This document shows, piece after piece, positions 19,766-28,978 of a DNA stretch of 64,000 nt. The number at the start of each line of letters is the position of its first letter. Positions within the stretch are counted from its first letter, which is position 1. Position numbers and translations under genes: made by a program. Below the pieces are notes generated by a model. The model ran no database searches and was not told where the DNA came from. It saw only the letters and a list, made by a program, of their open reading frames with translations. The DNA comes from Planctomycetota bacterium (lineage in GTDB: Bacteria; Planctomycetota; B15-G4; SIAN01). The stretch spans positions 1 through 64,000 of the forward strand of contig JANNXA010000028.1 of assembly GCA_031409275.1 (NCBI GenBank), read 5' to 3'.

Positions 19766-21209
19766 GCACGGCGAGCAGCGTGCCGCCGACGACCCAAGCG
19801 AGGAAGACCACGACCTGCTCGATCCACGTCGCGTCCTGCGTGATGAGGAAGCCGAGGAAAGCGGACGCGCCGAGCCCGAGCAGGGGGATCGGCCAGCGGC
19901 CGCCGGGCAGATGAAAGCCGACGGCGCCGTCGGGACGATGGGCGCGCAGCTTGATCACGGCGAGGCAAGTGGAGGCGTACTGGACCAGCACGGCGAGGTT
20001 CGAGAGGGCAGTGAGCCGCTCGAACGCCGCCGCGCCGCCGAGCGCGTCGATCAGCGAGAAGAGCGTTCCGAACAAGGCCGCGACGGTGGTGACGACGACC
20101 GCGGTGACGGGCGTCGCGCGGGTCGGGTGGTGGCGCGCGAAGCTCCTCGGCAGCAACCCGTCCTGGCCGAGGGCGACGAGGAACCGCGGCGCGCAGAACA
20201 TCGTCACGGCGGCGAAGCCGAGCATCGAGATGCAGGCGCCCGCGGCCATCAGTTTCTCGCCGCCGTGGCCGAGGAAGCCGCTCGCGGCGTGGGCGAGCGG
20301 ACGGATCGAGCTCGCCTCGATGGTGGCGAGGTCGGGGCAGGTGCCGACGGCCACGACCTGGATCAAGCAGTAGAAGACGGCGCTACCGAGCAGCGCCAGC
20401 GTGACGGCGCGCGGCACGTCACGACGCGCGTCCTTCAGTTCGCCGGCGGGCACCGGAACGACCTCGAATCCCTGCAGTGGATAGAAGGCCGCGAAGAGGG
20501 CGGCGCCGAGCGCGGTGAAGGTGCCGCTCGTGGCGCCGGTGGTGGCGTTGATCGCGTTCGCCGCGGTGCTTGCGGCGGCCGCCGTCGTCTCGCCGGTGGG
20601 CCACCACGAGAGCCGGCTCCAATCGACCGCGAAGAGCCCGAAGCCGACGAAGGCAAGCAGCGGCAACAGCTTGGCGACGGTGAGGAAGGTGGCGGTCCCG
20701 GCGGCCGATTTCACGCCGCGGCAGTTGAGCCACCCGAGCAGCAGCACGAGCGCGATGGCGATCGTGGCGCTTGCCGCCTTGCCGTCGGCGCCAGGAAAGA
20801 AGACCGCGAGGTAGCCGGGAATGCCGGTGACGGACGCCGCGAGCGCCGCCCACATCGAGATCCACGCGGTCCATGCCACCACGAAGCCGGGCCACTTGCC
20901 AAACGCGCGGCGAGCGTAGAGGTAGGGGCCGCCCGCCTCGTCGTGGCGGGTCGACATCGAGGCGAAGCAGAGCGCGACGGTGACCAGCAGCAGACCGTCG
21001 AGGGCGAACGCGATCCACGATGCGCCCCCGAGGAGACGGGCGAGCTCGCTTGGCTTGCGGTAGATGCCGGAGCCGACGATGTTGTTGATGCCGATGCACA
21101 GCACGGTGAAGAGCCCGAGCTGCCGAACGGCGTGGCGAGTGGCTCCTCGGCCGTCGTCTTCCGCCACCCCCTCGCCCGCCATCGTCGTCCTCCCGGCACC
21201 CGCCCCCAT
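19728..21209 (-). CDS. APC family amino acid permease
   Basis: GINNIVGSGIY, AGGPYLYARRAFG, GFEVVPVPAGE..D..RDVPRA; about 12 TM segments. Confidence 0.92.
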   Translation of the reverse strand: MGAGAGRTTMAGEGVAEDDGRGATRHAVRQLGLFTVLCIGINNIVGSGIYRKPSELARLLGGASWIAFALDGLLLVTVALCFASMSTRHDEAGGPYLYARRAFGKWPGFVVAWTAWISMWAALAASVTGIPGYLAVFFPGADGKAASATIAIALVLLLGWLNCRGVKSAAGTATFLTVAKLLPLLAFVGFGLFAVDWSRLSWWPTGETTAAAASTAANAINATTGATSGTFTALGAALFAAFYPLQGFEVVPVPAGELKDARRDVPRAVTLALLGSAVFYCLIQVVAVGTCPDLATIEASSIRPLAHAASGFLGHGGEKLMAAGACISMLGFAAVTMFCAPRFLVALGQDGLLPRSFARHHPTRATPVTAVVVTTVAALFGTLFSLIDALGGAAAFERLTALSNLAVLVQYASTCLAVIKLRAHRPDGAVGFHLPGGRWPIPLLGLGASAFLGFLITQDATWIEQVVVFLAWVVGGTLLAVLTRPRDLTRSRA

Positions 21210-21251
21210 TCCGAGGGCCGCGCGACGCAGGACATACCACGCCTCCTCCTA

Positions 21252-21544
21252 GGTGGCGGGGATCTTTCCCCCGCGCCACCCGCACCCCTTCGGTGGCGGG
21301 GATCTTTCATCCGCTGCGTCCGCACACCGAGAGTCACGATTGAACGGACTCCTCTCGGCGGACGATCGGCTCGGGTCCTACCGTTCGCTGAGTCCACGCC
21401 TGCTGACGACGCATCGGTGCGGGAACGGCGGATGAAAGATCCCCGCCACAGCGCGTCCACCGACGACGTGCCCCGGGGAAGCCGCCCAACGCGGCGCCGA
21501 TCGGCTGAGGGTGCGGGAAAGGTGGAGGAAAGATCCCCGCCACC
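21252..21544. repeat. REP/BIME- or MITE-like element: four ~34-bp units (2 direct, 2 inverted)
   Basis: Core GTGGCGGGGATCTTTC-N10-(C/T)CCGCAC at 21253-21286 (+), 21293-21326 (+), 21416-21449 (-), 21510-21543 (-). Confidence 0.85.
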
Positions 21545-21555
21545 GTGTGGGGGCA

Positions 21556-24336
21556 TCAGTCGTCGGTCACGTAGTCGCTGGCGTGGCCCTGGAGCGCGCC
21601 GTTGGCGTCGATCCAGCTGTCGAGGATGACACCGAGGTCGGGGTCGGTGAGCTTCCGGATCAGGGTCGCGCCGAGCGGGCCGGGGCGCTGCGGATCGGCA
21701 GCGCCGTCGCGCAGGTTCGGACCGACACCGGGGTTGAGCATCGAGTGGTTGTTGGAGGCGAACGAGAAGCCAGTCTCATCGACGATGCGATCGAGGTCGA
21801 GCGCGACTCGCGCCGGGTCGAAGTTCGAGGCCGGCGCGACACCATCGCAACCGAAGCGGTCGTCGTTGTCGTCGAGCGGGTTCACGGGGCAGCCGTTCTC
21901 GTCGAACAGGAACATGCCGCTGCCGAGCCCGGCGACCATGTGCACGAAGAAGGGCGAGTTGAGCTGGTTGCCGGGGTTCTGCCCGATCTGCTGCTTCAAC
22001 AGTTGGAAGTCGAGCGCGCCGTAGCTGCGCGTCGAAAGCGCGGCACGGAAGGCGTCGTATTCAGGGCGCCAGGCCGCGAGCCCGCTGTCGGTCAAGTGGC
22101 AGGCCACGCAGTAGCGCGGGCCCTCCTTGTCGGTGGCGACCTTGCCGCGGATCGAGTGTTGCATCAGCGAATTGTGGCCGAGCGAACCGAACGGTTTGTT
22201 CGGATCGTTGCCGTCGCTGTTGCGATCGGTGAAGGCGAAGATCTGGGAGAACTGCCCCTGGCGGTCGCGGTACTGATAGAAGACCTTCGTGTTGGTGGCC
22301 ACCTGTGAGATGCGGTTCTTCGGGTCGACGCCGAGCTGGAACGGCACGACCGACTGGTAGGTGAAGTCGGCGTTGCGCTGGCGATACACGATGCGCTCGC
22401 CAGTGATGTTGCTGAAGTTGTTGCCCTCGTTGTACTCGCCCTTCAAGTGGCAGCCGACGCAACTGTTCGACCACGAGGAGTGGCAGGTCGCGCAGCTCAT
22501 GTTGTCGCCGTGGCTGAAGCCGTTGGCCGGGCGGTTCGATTGCAGCGGACCGATGCCATTGCTCGGGTCGTTGTCGGCGCGACCCATGGCGTAGGAGGCG
22601 CGCGCGCTCCACAGCGCCGCACCGCTCACCGGGTGGGTCTTGCCCGAGTCGACCACGGCATCGCGAGTCTGCGGGACGTAGTGGCGCGCGCCGGTCAGCC
22701 GGCTGGTGAGCCACACGCTGCCGTCGCCCTCGCGCACGACGTGGTCGAGCGCGCGGCCGTTGCGATCCATCGCGGCATCGACCACGGTGCCGTCCTTCTT
22801 CACGTGCGGCGCGACCGCGGCGTAGGTCGCCGCATTGCCGTGGCAGTTCTCGCATTCGATCGCGGTCTGCTGCTCCATGCGACTGGCGATCGCCGTCCCG
22901 TTCGGGTCGCTGGCGTCGCCGCCATGGATATCGAAGCTGCCGTGGCAGTCGATGCAGCCCAAGCCCGCGTCGTAGTGGACGTCAGCCGGCGTGTCGTCAC
23001 GCCCATCGCCGTCGTAGTCCTCGAACAGCAGGTACTGGTTGTGGTTGCGGCCGTTGAAGGTGTGGTTGCCGACGACCGGGTCGAAGAGGCGCGTGTCATC
23101 GGCGGTGGTGCGAAACGTCACCGGATCGGCGGGGTACTGGAGGTGGTTGCGCACGTCGGCGTTCTGGTCGAGCCGGATGCCCCAGTACTGCATCACGGTC
23201 CGGTTCGAGCCCTGGTGGCAACCGGCGCAGGTGATGTCATCGATGCCCGGCATCATGGCGCCGTTCGCCATCGGCCTCGCCACGCTGCGGATCTGGTGGC
23301 TGCGGATGTGCGAGCGCTCGGGCGGATCGATGTCGTCGGGATCGAGCGGCTCGAGTTTGTTGACGTGGGGGTCCTTGCTGCCGCTGCGGCCGCTCGCGCT
23401 GTAGGGCATGTGGCAGGCCGTGCAGCCCGACGAGCGGAAATCGCCGTAACGGTTGTTGGCGCCCGCGCTCCCGAGGTGGCAGTCGCCGCAGGTGAACGCC
23501 ACCTGCTCCATGAAGAGCGCCGCCAGTCGCGAACCGCTGTTCACGCGTCGATTGGCGTCGAGGTCATTGGACAGGCTCGCGGCGGAATAGGCGTTGTTGC
23601 GGAACAACTCCATCGGCCCCGTCTTGCCGAAGCCGCTGTTCACCGGCACTTCGAGCAGCGATCCGACCTTGCCGACCTGCGCTGGATCGAAGATCCAGTT
23701 GGGATCGGTCACGGCGCGCCACCCGAGGTCGGCGGCGGTGTCGTCGTAGAGCCCTTGATGTTCCGGGATCTCGTTCTGCACGCCCATGAAGTAGGTGGAG
23801 CCGGAGAAGAACCCGGCTTCCGTCGCCAGCAGGCTGCGCGAGACGACGTTGGCGTGCGGACCATGGCAGGCGCCGCACGAGCGGTTGCGCGACACCACGC
23901 GCAGGTCGCCGGGGTTCACGAACTGCAGGTAGTCGAGCGCGGTGAAGCTCTTCGAGCCGACCGTGTAGTCGGGAAACTTGTCGAGCCCCGACATGGTCAG
24001 GCGGTTGAACCAGGCGCGCGCGTTGTTGATCTGGAACGTGTCATCGCCGATCTCGGGCGGCGGCGGGACGTGGCTCGAGTCGCGATCCTTGCCGGTCGAG
24101 TCGCCGCCGTGGCACGTCGTGCAGTCGAGGTTGGCGGCGCCGGCGAACGGGTGGGGGTTCTCGAGTCCGGGTCCCGAGTAGTCGACGTGCTGCGCGCCGT
24201 TGTGGCAGCTCATGCACGAATTCGACTGCGTGCTGGCCAGCTCGTCGCGCGAGGTGGAGTCGAGGCAGGCCGAAGCCAGCAGCGGCAGCACGGCGGCGAG
24301 TCGATGGGCGCCGCGTTTGCCCACGATGGAAGCCAT
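21556..24336 (-). CDS. Multiheme c-type cytochrome lipoprotein, 11 CxxCH, ~926 aa
   Basis: AGGAG RBS, lipobox LLASAC. CMSCH, CTTCH, CGACH, CGDCH, CTACH, CAGCH, CIDCH, CENCH, CATCH, CVGCH, CVACH. Confidence 0.93.
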   Translation of the reverse strand: MASIVGKRGAHRLAAVLPLLASACLDSTSRDELASTQSNSCMSCHNGAQHVDYSGPGLENPHPFAGAANLDCTTCHGGDSTGKDRDSSHVPPPPEIGDDTFQINNARAWFNRLTMSGLDKFPDYTVGSKSFTALDYLQFVNPGDLRVVSRNRSCGACHGPHANVVSRSLLATEAGFFSGSTYFMGVQNEIPEHQGLYDDTAADLGWRAVTDPNWIFDPAQVGKVGSLLEVPVNSGFGKTGPMELFRNNAYSAASLSNDLDANRRVNSGSRLAALFMEQVAFTCGDCHLGSAGANNRYGDFRSSGCTACHMPYSASGRSGSKDPHVNKLEPLDPDDIDPPERSHIRSHQIRSVARPMANGAMMPGIDDITCAGCHQGSNRTVMQYWGIRLDQNADVRNHLQYPADPVTFRTTADDTRLFDPVVGNHTFNGRNHNQYLLFEDYDGDGRDDTPADVHYDAGLGCIDCHGSFDIHGGDASDPNGTAIASRMEQQTAIECENCHGNAATYAAVAPHVKKDGTVVDAAMDRNGRALDHVVREGDGSVWLTSRLTGARHYVPQTRDAVVDSGKTHPVSGAALWSARASYAMGRADNDPSNGIGPLQSNRPANGFSHGDNMSCATCHSSWSNSCVGCHLKGEYNEGNNFSNITGERIVYRQRNADFTYQSVVPFQLGVDPKNRISQVATNTKVFYQYRDRQGQFSQIFAFTDRNSDGNDPNKPFGSLGHNSLMQHSIRGKVATDKEGPRYCVACHLTDSGLAAWRPEYDAFRAALSTRSYGALDFQLLKQQIGQNPGNQLNSPFFVHMVAGLGSGMFLFDENGCPVNPLDDNDDRFGCDGVAPASNFDPARVALDLDRIVDETGFSFASNNHSMLNPGVGPNLRDGAADPQRPGPLGATLIRKLTDPDLGVILDSWIDANGALQGHASDYVTDD

Positions 24337-24468
24337 CCAGCGATCTCCTGCGAACTCCCCGCGCGCGCCGTTCGAGCCGCGCACCATCCCGGGCTGTTCA
24401 TCGGAAGCCGGGATGCCCACTTGAGGGGCGAGCTGCGCGCGCCGCCGGCGCGCCCCGGGGGCGGCGCG

Positions 24469-25128
24469 TTACTTCGACTCGGCCAGGCGCCAGTCGGTCG
24501 GCAGGTGGCAGCGATCGCAGCGGTCGACGAAGCCGAGCGCGAGGTGCGGCGGGTTGTTGGCCCGCGCGAGATCGGCGCGATGGCACGTCACGCACGACGG
24601 ATCGTTCGGGACGAAGTTGCCGACGAACGCACCGGGATGGCACTGGTGGCAAGCGACCCGCGAATGGGCGCCGCTCAGCGGGAAGCGGCTGCGCGCGTGC
24701 GCCTCGAGCTGGCCGCTGGGTTGCCAGGTGTCGGGTTGATGGCAGCGCGCGCAGTCGCTGCCGAGGTCGCCGCCATGGACGTCCTCGTGGCAGCCGCCGC
24801 ATCCCTTCGCCGCGAAGACGTCGACCGGTCCGCGATCGTTGTGGCAACGCAGGCACTGCGCCTGCGCATGCGCGCCCTCGAGCGCGACGCCCGTCTCCTT
24901 CGCATGGTCGAAGTCGAAGTCGGCGCGCATCGTGTTCCAGCCGCTGCCCTCGTGGCAGATCCCACAATCGGCCGGAAAGCTCTCGTGCGGAAGCACCGGC
25001 CCGAGCCCGGTCCACCAACGATGGCGCGCGCCGGCGCGCGGATCGGCGCCAACGCAGGCGGCGATGGTGACGGCCGTCGCCGCGAACAGTCCGGCGCGCC
25101 ATCGGCGACGTAGCGTCGTGCTGCCCAT
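24469..25128 (-). CDS. Multiheme c-type cytochrome lipoprotein, 7 CxxCH
   Basis: Lipobox TIAAC. CGICH, CLRCH, CGGCH, CARCH, CHQCH, CVTCH, CDRCH. TGATG coupling to the upstream gene. Confidence 0.93.
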   Translation of the reverse strand: MGSTTLRRRWRAGLFAATAVTIAACVGADPRAGARHRWWTGLGPVLPHESFPADCGICHEGSGWNTMRADFDFDHAKETGVALEGAHAQAQCLRCHNDRGPVDVFAAKGCGGCHEDVHGGDLGSDCARCHQPDTWQPSGQLEAHARSRFPLSGAHSRVACHQCHPGAFVGNFVPNDPSCVTCHRADLARANNPPHLALGFVDRCDRCHLPTDWRLAESK

Positions 25129-26864
25129 CAGAAGCTCCGTTCCAGCGAGAGTCCGCCCGACCAGGCGTATTCGTCGTCCCACACCTTGAGCTCGAGACGG
25201 GCCGCGATGCGCAGCCCGCCGCTGGTGAAGAAGCTCTGGCTCGCGAAGAAGCGGTGCTGGACGATGTCATCGAGTCGGCTCGAGAAGCCTTCCTGGCGGT
25301 GATCGGCGAGCTCGTACATGCAGTCCCAGCGCTGGTCGAGCGTGCTGCCCATCGCGCCGACGCGGAAGCCGCTGACCCGCGTGAAGGTGCCGGTGCTGGC
25401 GAAACTGGTCACGTCGAGCCGCGCGTCGTCGAACACGGGCAGCGGCACGTCGAATCCGGCTTCGGCCGAGCCGCCGCTGCCGTCCTGGTCGTGGAAGCCG
25501 GCGAGCTCGCCGTGCACCGCGAACGCGGCGTCGGGGTCGGTGCGACCGCGCAGCGTCAGTCGGTCGAGGTGCGCTCGATCGAGCGTCGCGGCGTTCAACG
25601 GGAGGAACTCGCCGTCGCGCTGCAGCTCGGGGAATGCGACGTGCTGGAACGAGAGGAACAGGTCGCCGCCGTCGTCGAAGCGCCGGCCAAGCGCCGCGAT
25701 CGCCTGCGTCAACTCGACGTTCTGCTGCTTCACGTCATCGTGACCGTCGTAGAAATCGACCCACGTCGCGACGTGCGCGTCCCAGCCGCTGCTGGGCACC
25801 CAACGCATCCTGGTCAGCGCGAGGCGCCGATCGAGCTCGCCGTCGTGCCACGTCTGCTGCAGCGCCACCGTCGCGGTGAGCCGCTCGCTCTCGTCCGCGA
25901 TCCACTCCCACGCCGCGGCGGCCTGGACGTCGTGGAACGACCGGAAGTCGTCGTCGAGCTGCGGCATGAAGCCGAGGCTCGCGCTGAAGCGATCGCCGTC
26001 CGCCGTCCGCGTGCCCCATTCGACGCCGTCAAGGAAGCCGAACTCGGGCACTGCGTGCTGGAGGAAGCGGCCGAACTCGAAGCGTTGCGGCTCGAAGCGC
26101 GTGCCGCCGTTGGCGTACGAGAGTCGTCGCGGCAGCAGGTCGAGCGAGTGGCCGTCGTCGAGTTCGGTCTTGTAGTTGAACTCGAGGTCGGCGCGCAGCG
26201 TTCCGCCGTCGCCGAACAGGTTCTCGGCGCGCGTGTCGACCCCGGCGCGGGCGACGGTGTCGGACCAGCCGCCGTCGCTCGAACGAGCGAGCTCGCTGCT
26301 GCTCCACATCCGAGTCGACCAGCGCGGCTCGCGCTGCTCGGGGCGCGTTGGCGGTACGCGCGACAGCAGCGGCTGCGTCGCGTCGAAGCCTTCGTCGCGA
26401 TTCGACCAGGCCGGCTTGGCGCTCTCCTTCGCGTCCGCCGCGGGCGCCGTCTTCGGGCCGCTCTTCGGCGCGGTCCGCGCGGACGGCGGGACGGGGGGCT
26501 CGACTTCGCGCGGCGTGGCGGGCGGCGGCATCGGTGGCGGCTTCGGCAGGCGCGAGGCGGGCAGCTGTGCGTCGCCGCGCGTGCCGAGCTCGATCACCGC
26601 CGAGCGATCGTCGAGCTCGGCAGTCGCCACGCGCTCGCGGACTTCGGCGATGACGCCATCCAACGGGGCGCCCTTGCGCGGCCGGAACTGCACGCGATCA
26701 CCGATCTTGAGCCCGTCTGCGATCCCGCGATCGACGATGACGCGCCCCGGCGTCGCCGCCATCACGCGCAGCTCGACGCGCACTTGCGGCTCCGACTCCT
26801 GTGCCGGCGCCGGCGCGATCAGCGCGGCGGGCATCAGCGAACCGAGGAGCCACGCGGCGGTCAT
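25128..26864 (-). CDS. Putative outer-membrane beta-barrel (porin-like) with N-terminal soluble domain and Pro-rich linker
   Basis: Signal peptide, amphipathic beta-strand pattern, FGRF...FLDG motif, terminal Phe (GGLSLERSF). Located between cytochrome genes with ATGA coupling. Confidence 0.7.
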   Translation of the reverse strand: MTAAWLLGSLMPAALIAPAPAQESEPQVRVELRVMAATPGRVIVDRGIADGLKIGDRVQFRPRKGAPLDGVIAEVRERVATAELDDRSAVIELGTRGDAQLPASRLPKPPPMPPPATPREVEPPVPPSARTAPKSGPKTAPAADAKESAKPAWSNRDEGFDATQPLLSRVPPTRPEQREPRWSTRMWSSSELARSSDGGWSDTVARAGVDTRAENLFGDGGTLRADLEFNYKTELDDGHSLDLLPRRLSYANGGTRFEPQRFEFGRFLQHAVPEFGFLDGVEWGTRTADGDRFSASLGFMPQLDDDFRSFHDVQAAAAWEWIADESERLTATVALQQTWHDGELDRRLALTRMRWVPSSGWDAHVATWVDFYDGHDDVKQQNVELTQAIAALGRRFDDGGDLFLSFQHVAFPELQRDGEFLPLNAATLDRAHLDRLTLRGRTDPDAAFAVHGELAGFHDQDGSGGSAEAGFDVPLPVFDDARLDVTSFASTGTFTRVSGFRVGAMGSTLDQRWDCMYELADHRQEGFSSRLDDIVQHRFFASQSFFTSGGLRIAARLELKVWDDEYAWSGGLSLERSF

Positions 26865-28978
26865 CCACTCTTCCCTCGACGTCGGCGCAGCGGATCCTGC
26901 GGTGCGCCATGACAGTCCGCGCATTCGCTCGGCACCGGCCGATAGCGCACGACCTCTTCACCTTCGTGCACGAACACCGGATGGCAGGCCGAGCAACTCG
27001 CGGCACGATGGGTTTCGTCGAGTCGGAAGGAGGAATGCAGGTTGTGCTGGAAGAACAGCACGGAAAAGTCGGCCGTCGGCTGATGGCACGGAGTGCAGCG
27101 GTTGCCCTCGTCGCGAACGAATTGCCCGGCATGCGGATCTTCATGGCAGTCGCCGCACTCCGATCCGGCGGCAGGCGCGCTGGTGCGTCCGCGTGCGTCG
27201 CGTTGCGGCAGGGGGGCGTGGCATTGCGAGCAGCCCGCCGCACCGTGCGCGCCCTCGAGCGCGAATCCGGTCTGAGCCGCGTGGTCGAAGGAATCGGACG
27301 CGGCGCGGAACGACACCTCGTCATGACAAGTGGTGCAACCGGTCACGCCGCCACCGGCCCGGTCGCCATCGCCGTCGAAGGCCGCGTCGTGCGGATCGGC
27401 GTGGCAGCTCGCGCAGCCGGAGATCGGCCCGAAGTGGTCGCTGGCACGCGCGTAGCTGCGGCCGTCCGGCTCGCGCGCGGGCAGCGCCGGATGGCAGCTC
27501 GCGCAATCCGCCTGCAGATGGGCGCCGCGCAGCGTGAATCCGGTCGAGCGTCCATGGTCGAACGGCGCCACGAGCTGATCGAACGCGGTCGTTCCGTGGC
27601 AGCGAGCGCAGCTGCCGGCGGCATTCGTCGCCTGGCGACCTCCTCGCGTCTCGAACACGCCGTCGTGCGGGTCGTGGTGGCACTGGTCGCAGCGCGTCTG
27701 CGTGCCATGGAAGCGACGCGGCACCGTGGAGGCGTTGCGCGCGGCGAGCGGCACCTCGCCGAGGTCGCCGCTCGGTTGATGGCAGCGCGCGCAGTCGGCG
27801 TCGCGATGGGCGCCCGTCAACGGCAGCGGCGTGCGCGCGTGACGGCCGACCGTGAAGGTGTGCGGTGCGAAGAAGCGGAAGTCGTGGCAGCTCACGCAGC
27901 CGAGCGGCGCGAGCTTGCTGTCGGCGAACTGGCCGCCGTGCGGATCGGCATGGCAGGCGGCGCAATCTCGCGCGGCGCGGCCGGGGTAGCGAGCGGCGAA
28001 GTCGGGCGCCTCGGGAGCGTGGCAGCGCGCGCATTCGAGATCGGCGTGCGGCGCGGCGAGTTCGAGCGATGTCGCCGCGTGCTGCGCCACGCTCACGGTG
28101 GCGCGCGGATCACGAAAGGAGTCGTGGTCGGCGGCGTGGCAGATCACGCAGCCTTGTCCCGGCGTCGTCGCCGTCTCGCGCGCGACCTGCGCCGTGAAGT
28201 TCGGCGCATGCGGCGAGGCGTGGCAGTCGGCGCAGCTGCGCGCCGGCGCCCGTCGCGTCGCCGTCTGCGCCTCCAACGCGTGGGCACCATCGGCCGCGTG
28301 GCAGTCGCGGCAGCTCGCCTTGGCGTGGCCGCCGATCAGCGGCAGGTAGTCGTCGTGCGCGAACGGCAGCGTGCGATCCCAGTCGTTCGTCGAATGGCAT
28401 TGCGCGCAGGTCGGCGCCATGCGTTCCGCATGCGGATCGGCGTGGCAGGTCGCGCAGTCGACGTGCTGACCGAGGTAGCGCCAACCGCCGGGCGGCAGCT
28501 CGCCGACGTCGGCGTTGGCGTGGCACTTCGCGCAGCTCAGCTCCGCGTGCTTGCCATCGAGCGCGTAGCCGACCTGCGCGTGGTCGAACTGCGCGAGGTC
28601 GGCGAAGCCGGCCAACGCGAAGCTGCGCGGGTTCACTGGAACGAAGGCGTCGCCGTGGTGCTCGCCGTGGCAGCGCGCACACGCGTCGGCGAGCGTCGGA
28701 TCGAGCCGCCCATGCAACCCATCGCGCCGCTGCAGCTGCGTCGCCACCTCGCCGTGGCACTCGAGGCACGCTTCGGCCATCGTCTCGCCGATCCCGCCGT
28801 GGCAGCTCGAGCAGTCCCACGAGCCGTTCAGCTCCGAGTTGCGACCGTGGACGGCGGACAACGGCCCGGGCGCGACGCGTCGCACGTAGCGCCCGCCCAC
28901 CAGCCCGGCGAGCGCGACGCACGACAGGACCGCGAGCCACAGGCTCGGCTGGCGCCAACGCGGGATCGCCGAGTTCAT
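26861..28978 (-). CDS. Multiheme c-type cytochrome, 23 CxxCH in repeated triheme modules
   Basis: N-terminal signal/TM. Repeating FDH..F.L.G.H..CxxCH...CxxCH.DPH...CxxCH units; 23 motifs counted. Confidence 0.95.
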   Translation of the reverse strand: MNSAIPRWRQPSLWLAVLSCVALAGLVGGRYVRRVAPGPLSAVHGRNSELNGSWDCSSCHGGIGETMAEACLECHGEVATQLQRRDGLHGRLDPTLADACARCHGEHHGDAFVPVNPRSFALAGFADLAQFDHAQVGYALDGKHAELSCAKCHANADVGELPPGGWRYLGQHVDCATCHADPHAERMAPTCAQCHSTNDWDRTLPFAHDDYLPLIGGHAKASCRDCHAADGAHALEAQTATRRAPARSCADCHASPHAPNFTAQVARETATTPGQGCVICHAADHDSFRDPRATVSVAQHAATSLELAAPHADLECARCHAPEAPDFAARYPGRAARDCAACHADPHGGQFADSKLAPLGCVSCHDFRFFAPHTFTVGRHARTPLPLTGAHRDADCARCHQPSGDLGEVPLAARNASTVPRRFHGTQTRCDQCHHDPHDGVFETRGGRQATNAAGSCARCHGTTAFDQLVAPFDHGRSTGFTLRGAHLQADCASCHPALPAREPDGRSYARASDHFGPISGCASCHADPHDAAFDGDGDRAGGGVTGCTTCHDEVSFRAASDSFDHAAQTGFALEGAHGAAGCSQCHAPLPQRDARGRTSAPAAGSECGDCHEDPHAGQFVRDEGNRCTPCHQPTADFSVLFFQHNLHSSFRLDETHRAASCSACHPVFVHEGEEVVRYRPVPSECADCHGAPQDPLRRRRGKSG

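Noticed and set aside
21252..21544. CRISPR array interpretation of the 34-bp repeats
   Set aside because: Units occur in both orientations with irregular spacing (about 6, 89 and 60 bp), and there are no cas genes in the window.
21556..28978. Naming the cytochromes or barrel as MtrA/MtrB/MtrC, OmcS or HAO/HZS
   Set aside because: Heme counts (23, 7, 11) and spacing do not match decaheme MtrA/MtrC, hexaheme OmcS or octaheme HAO patterns; no symbol can be supported without searches.
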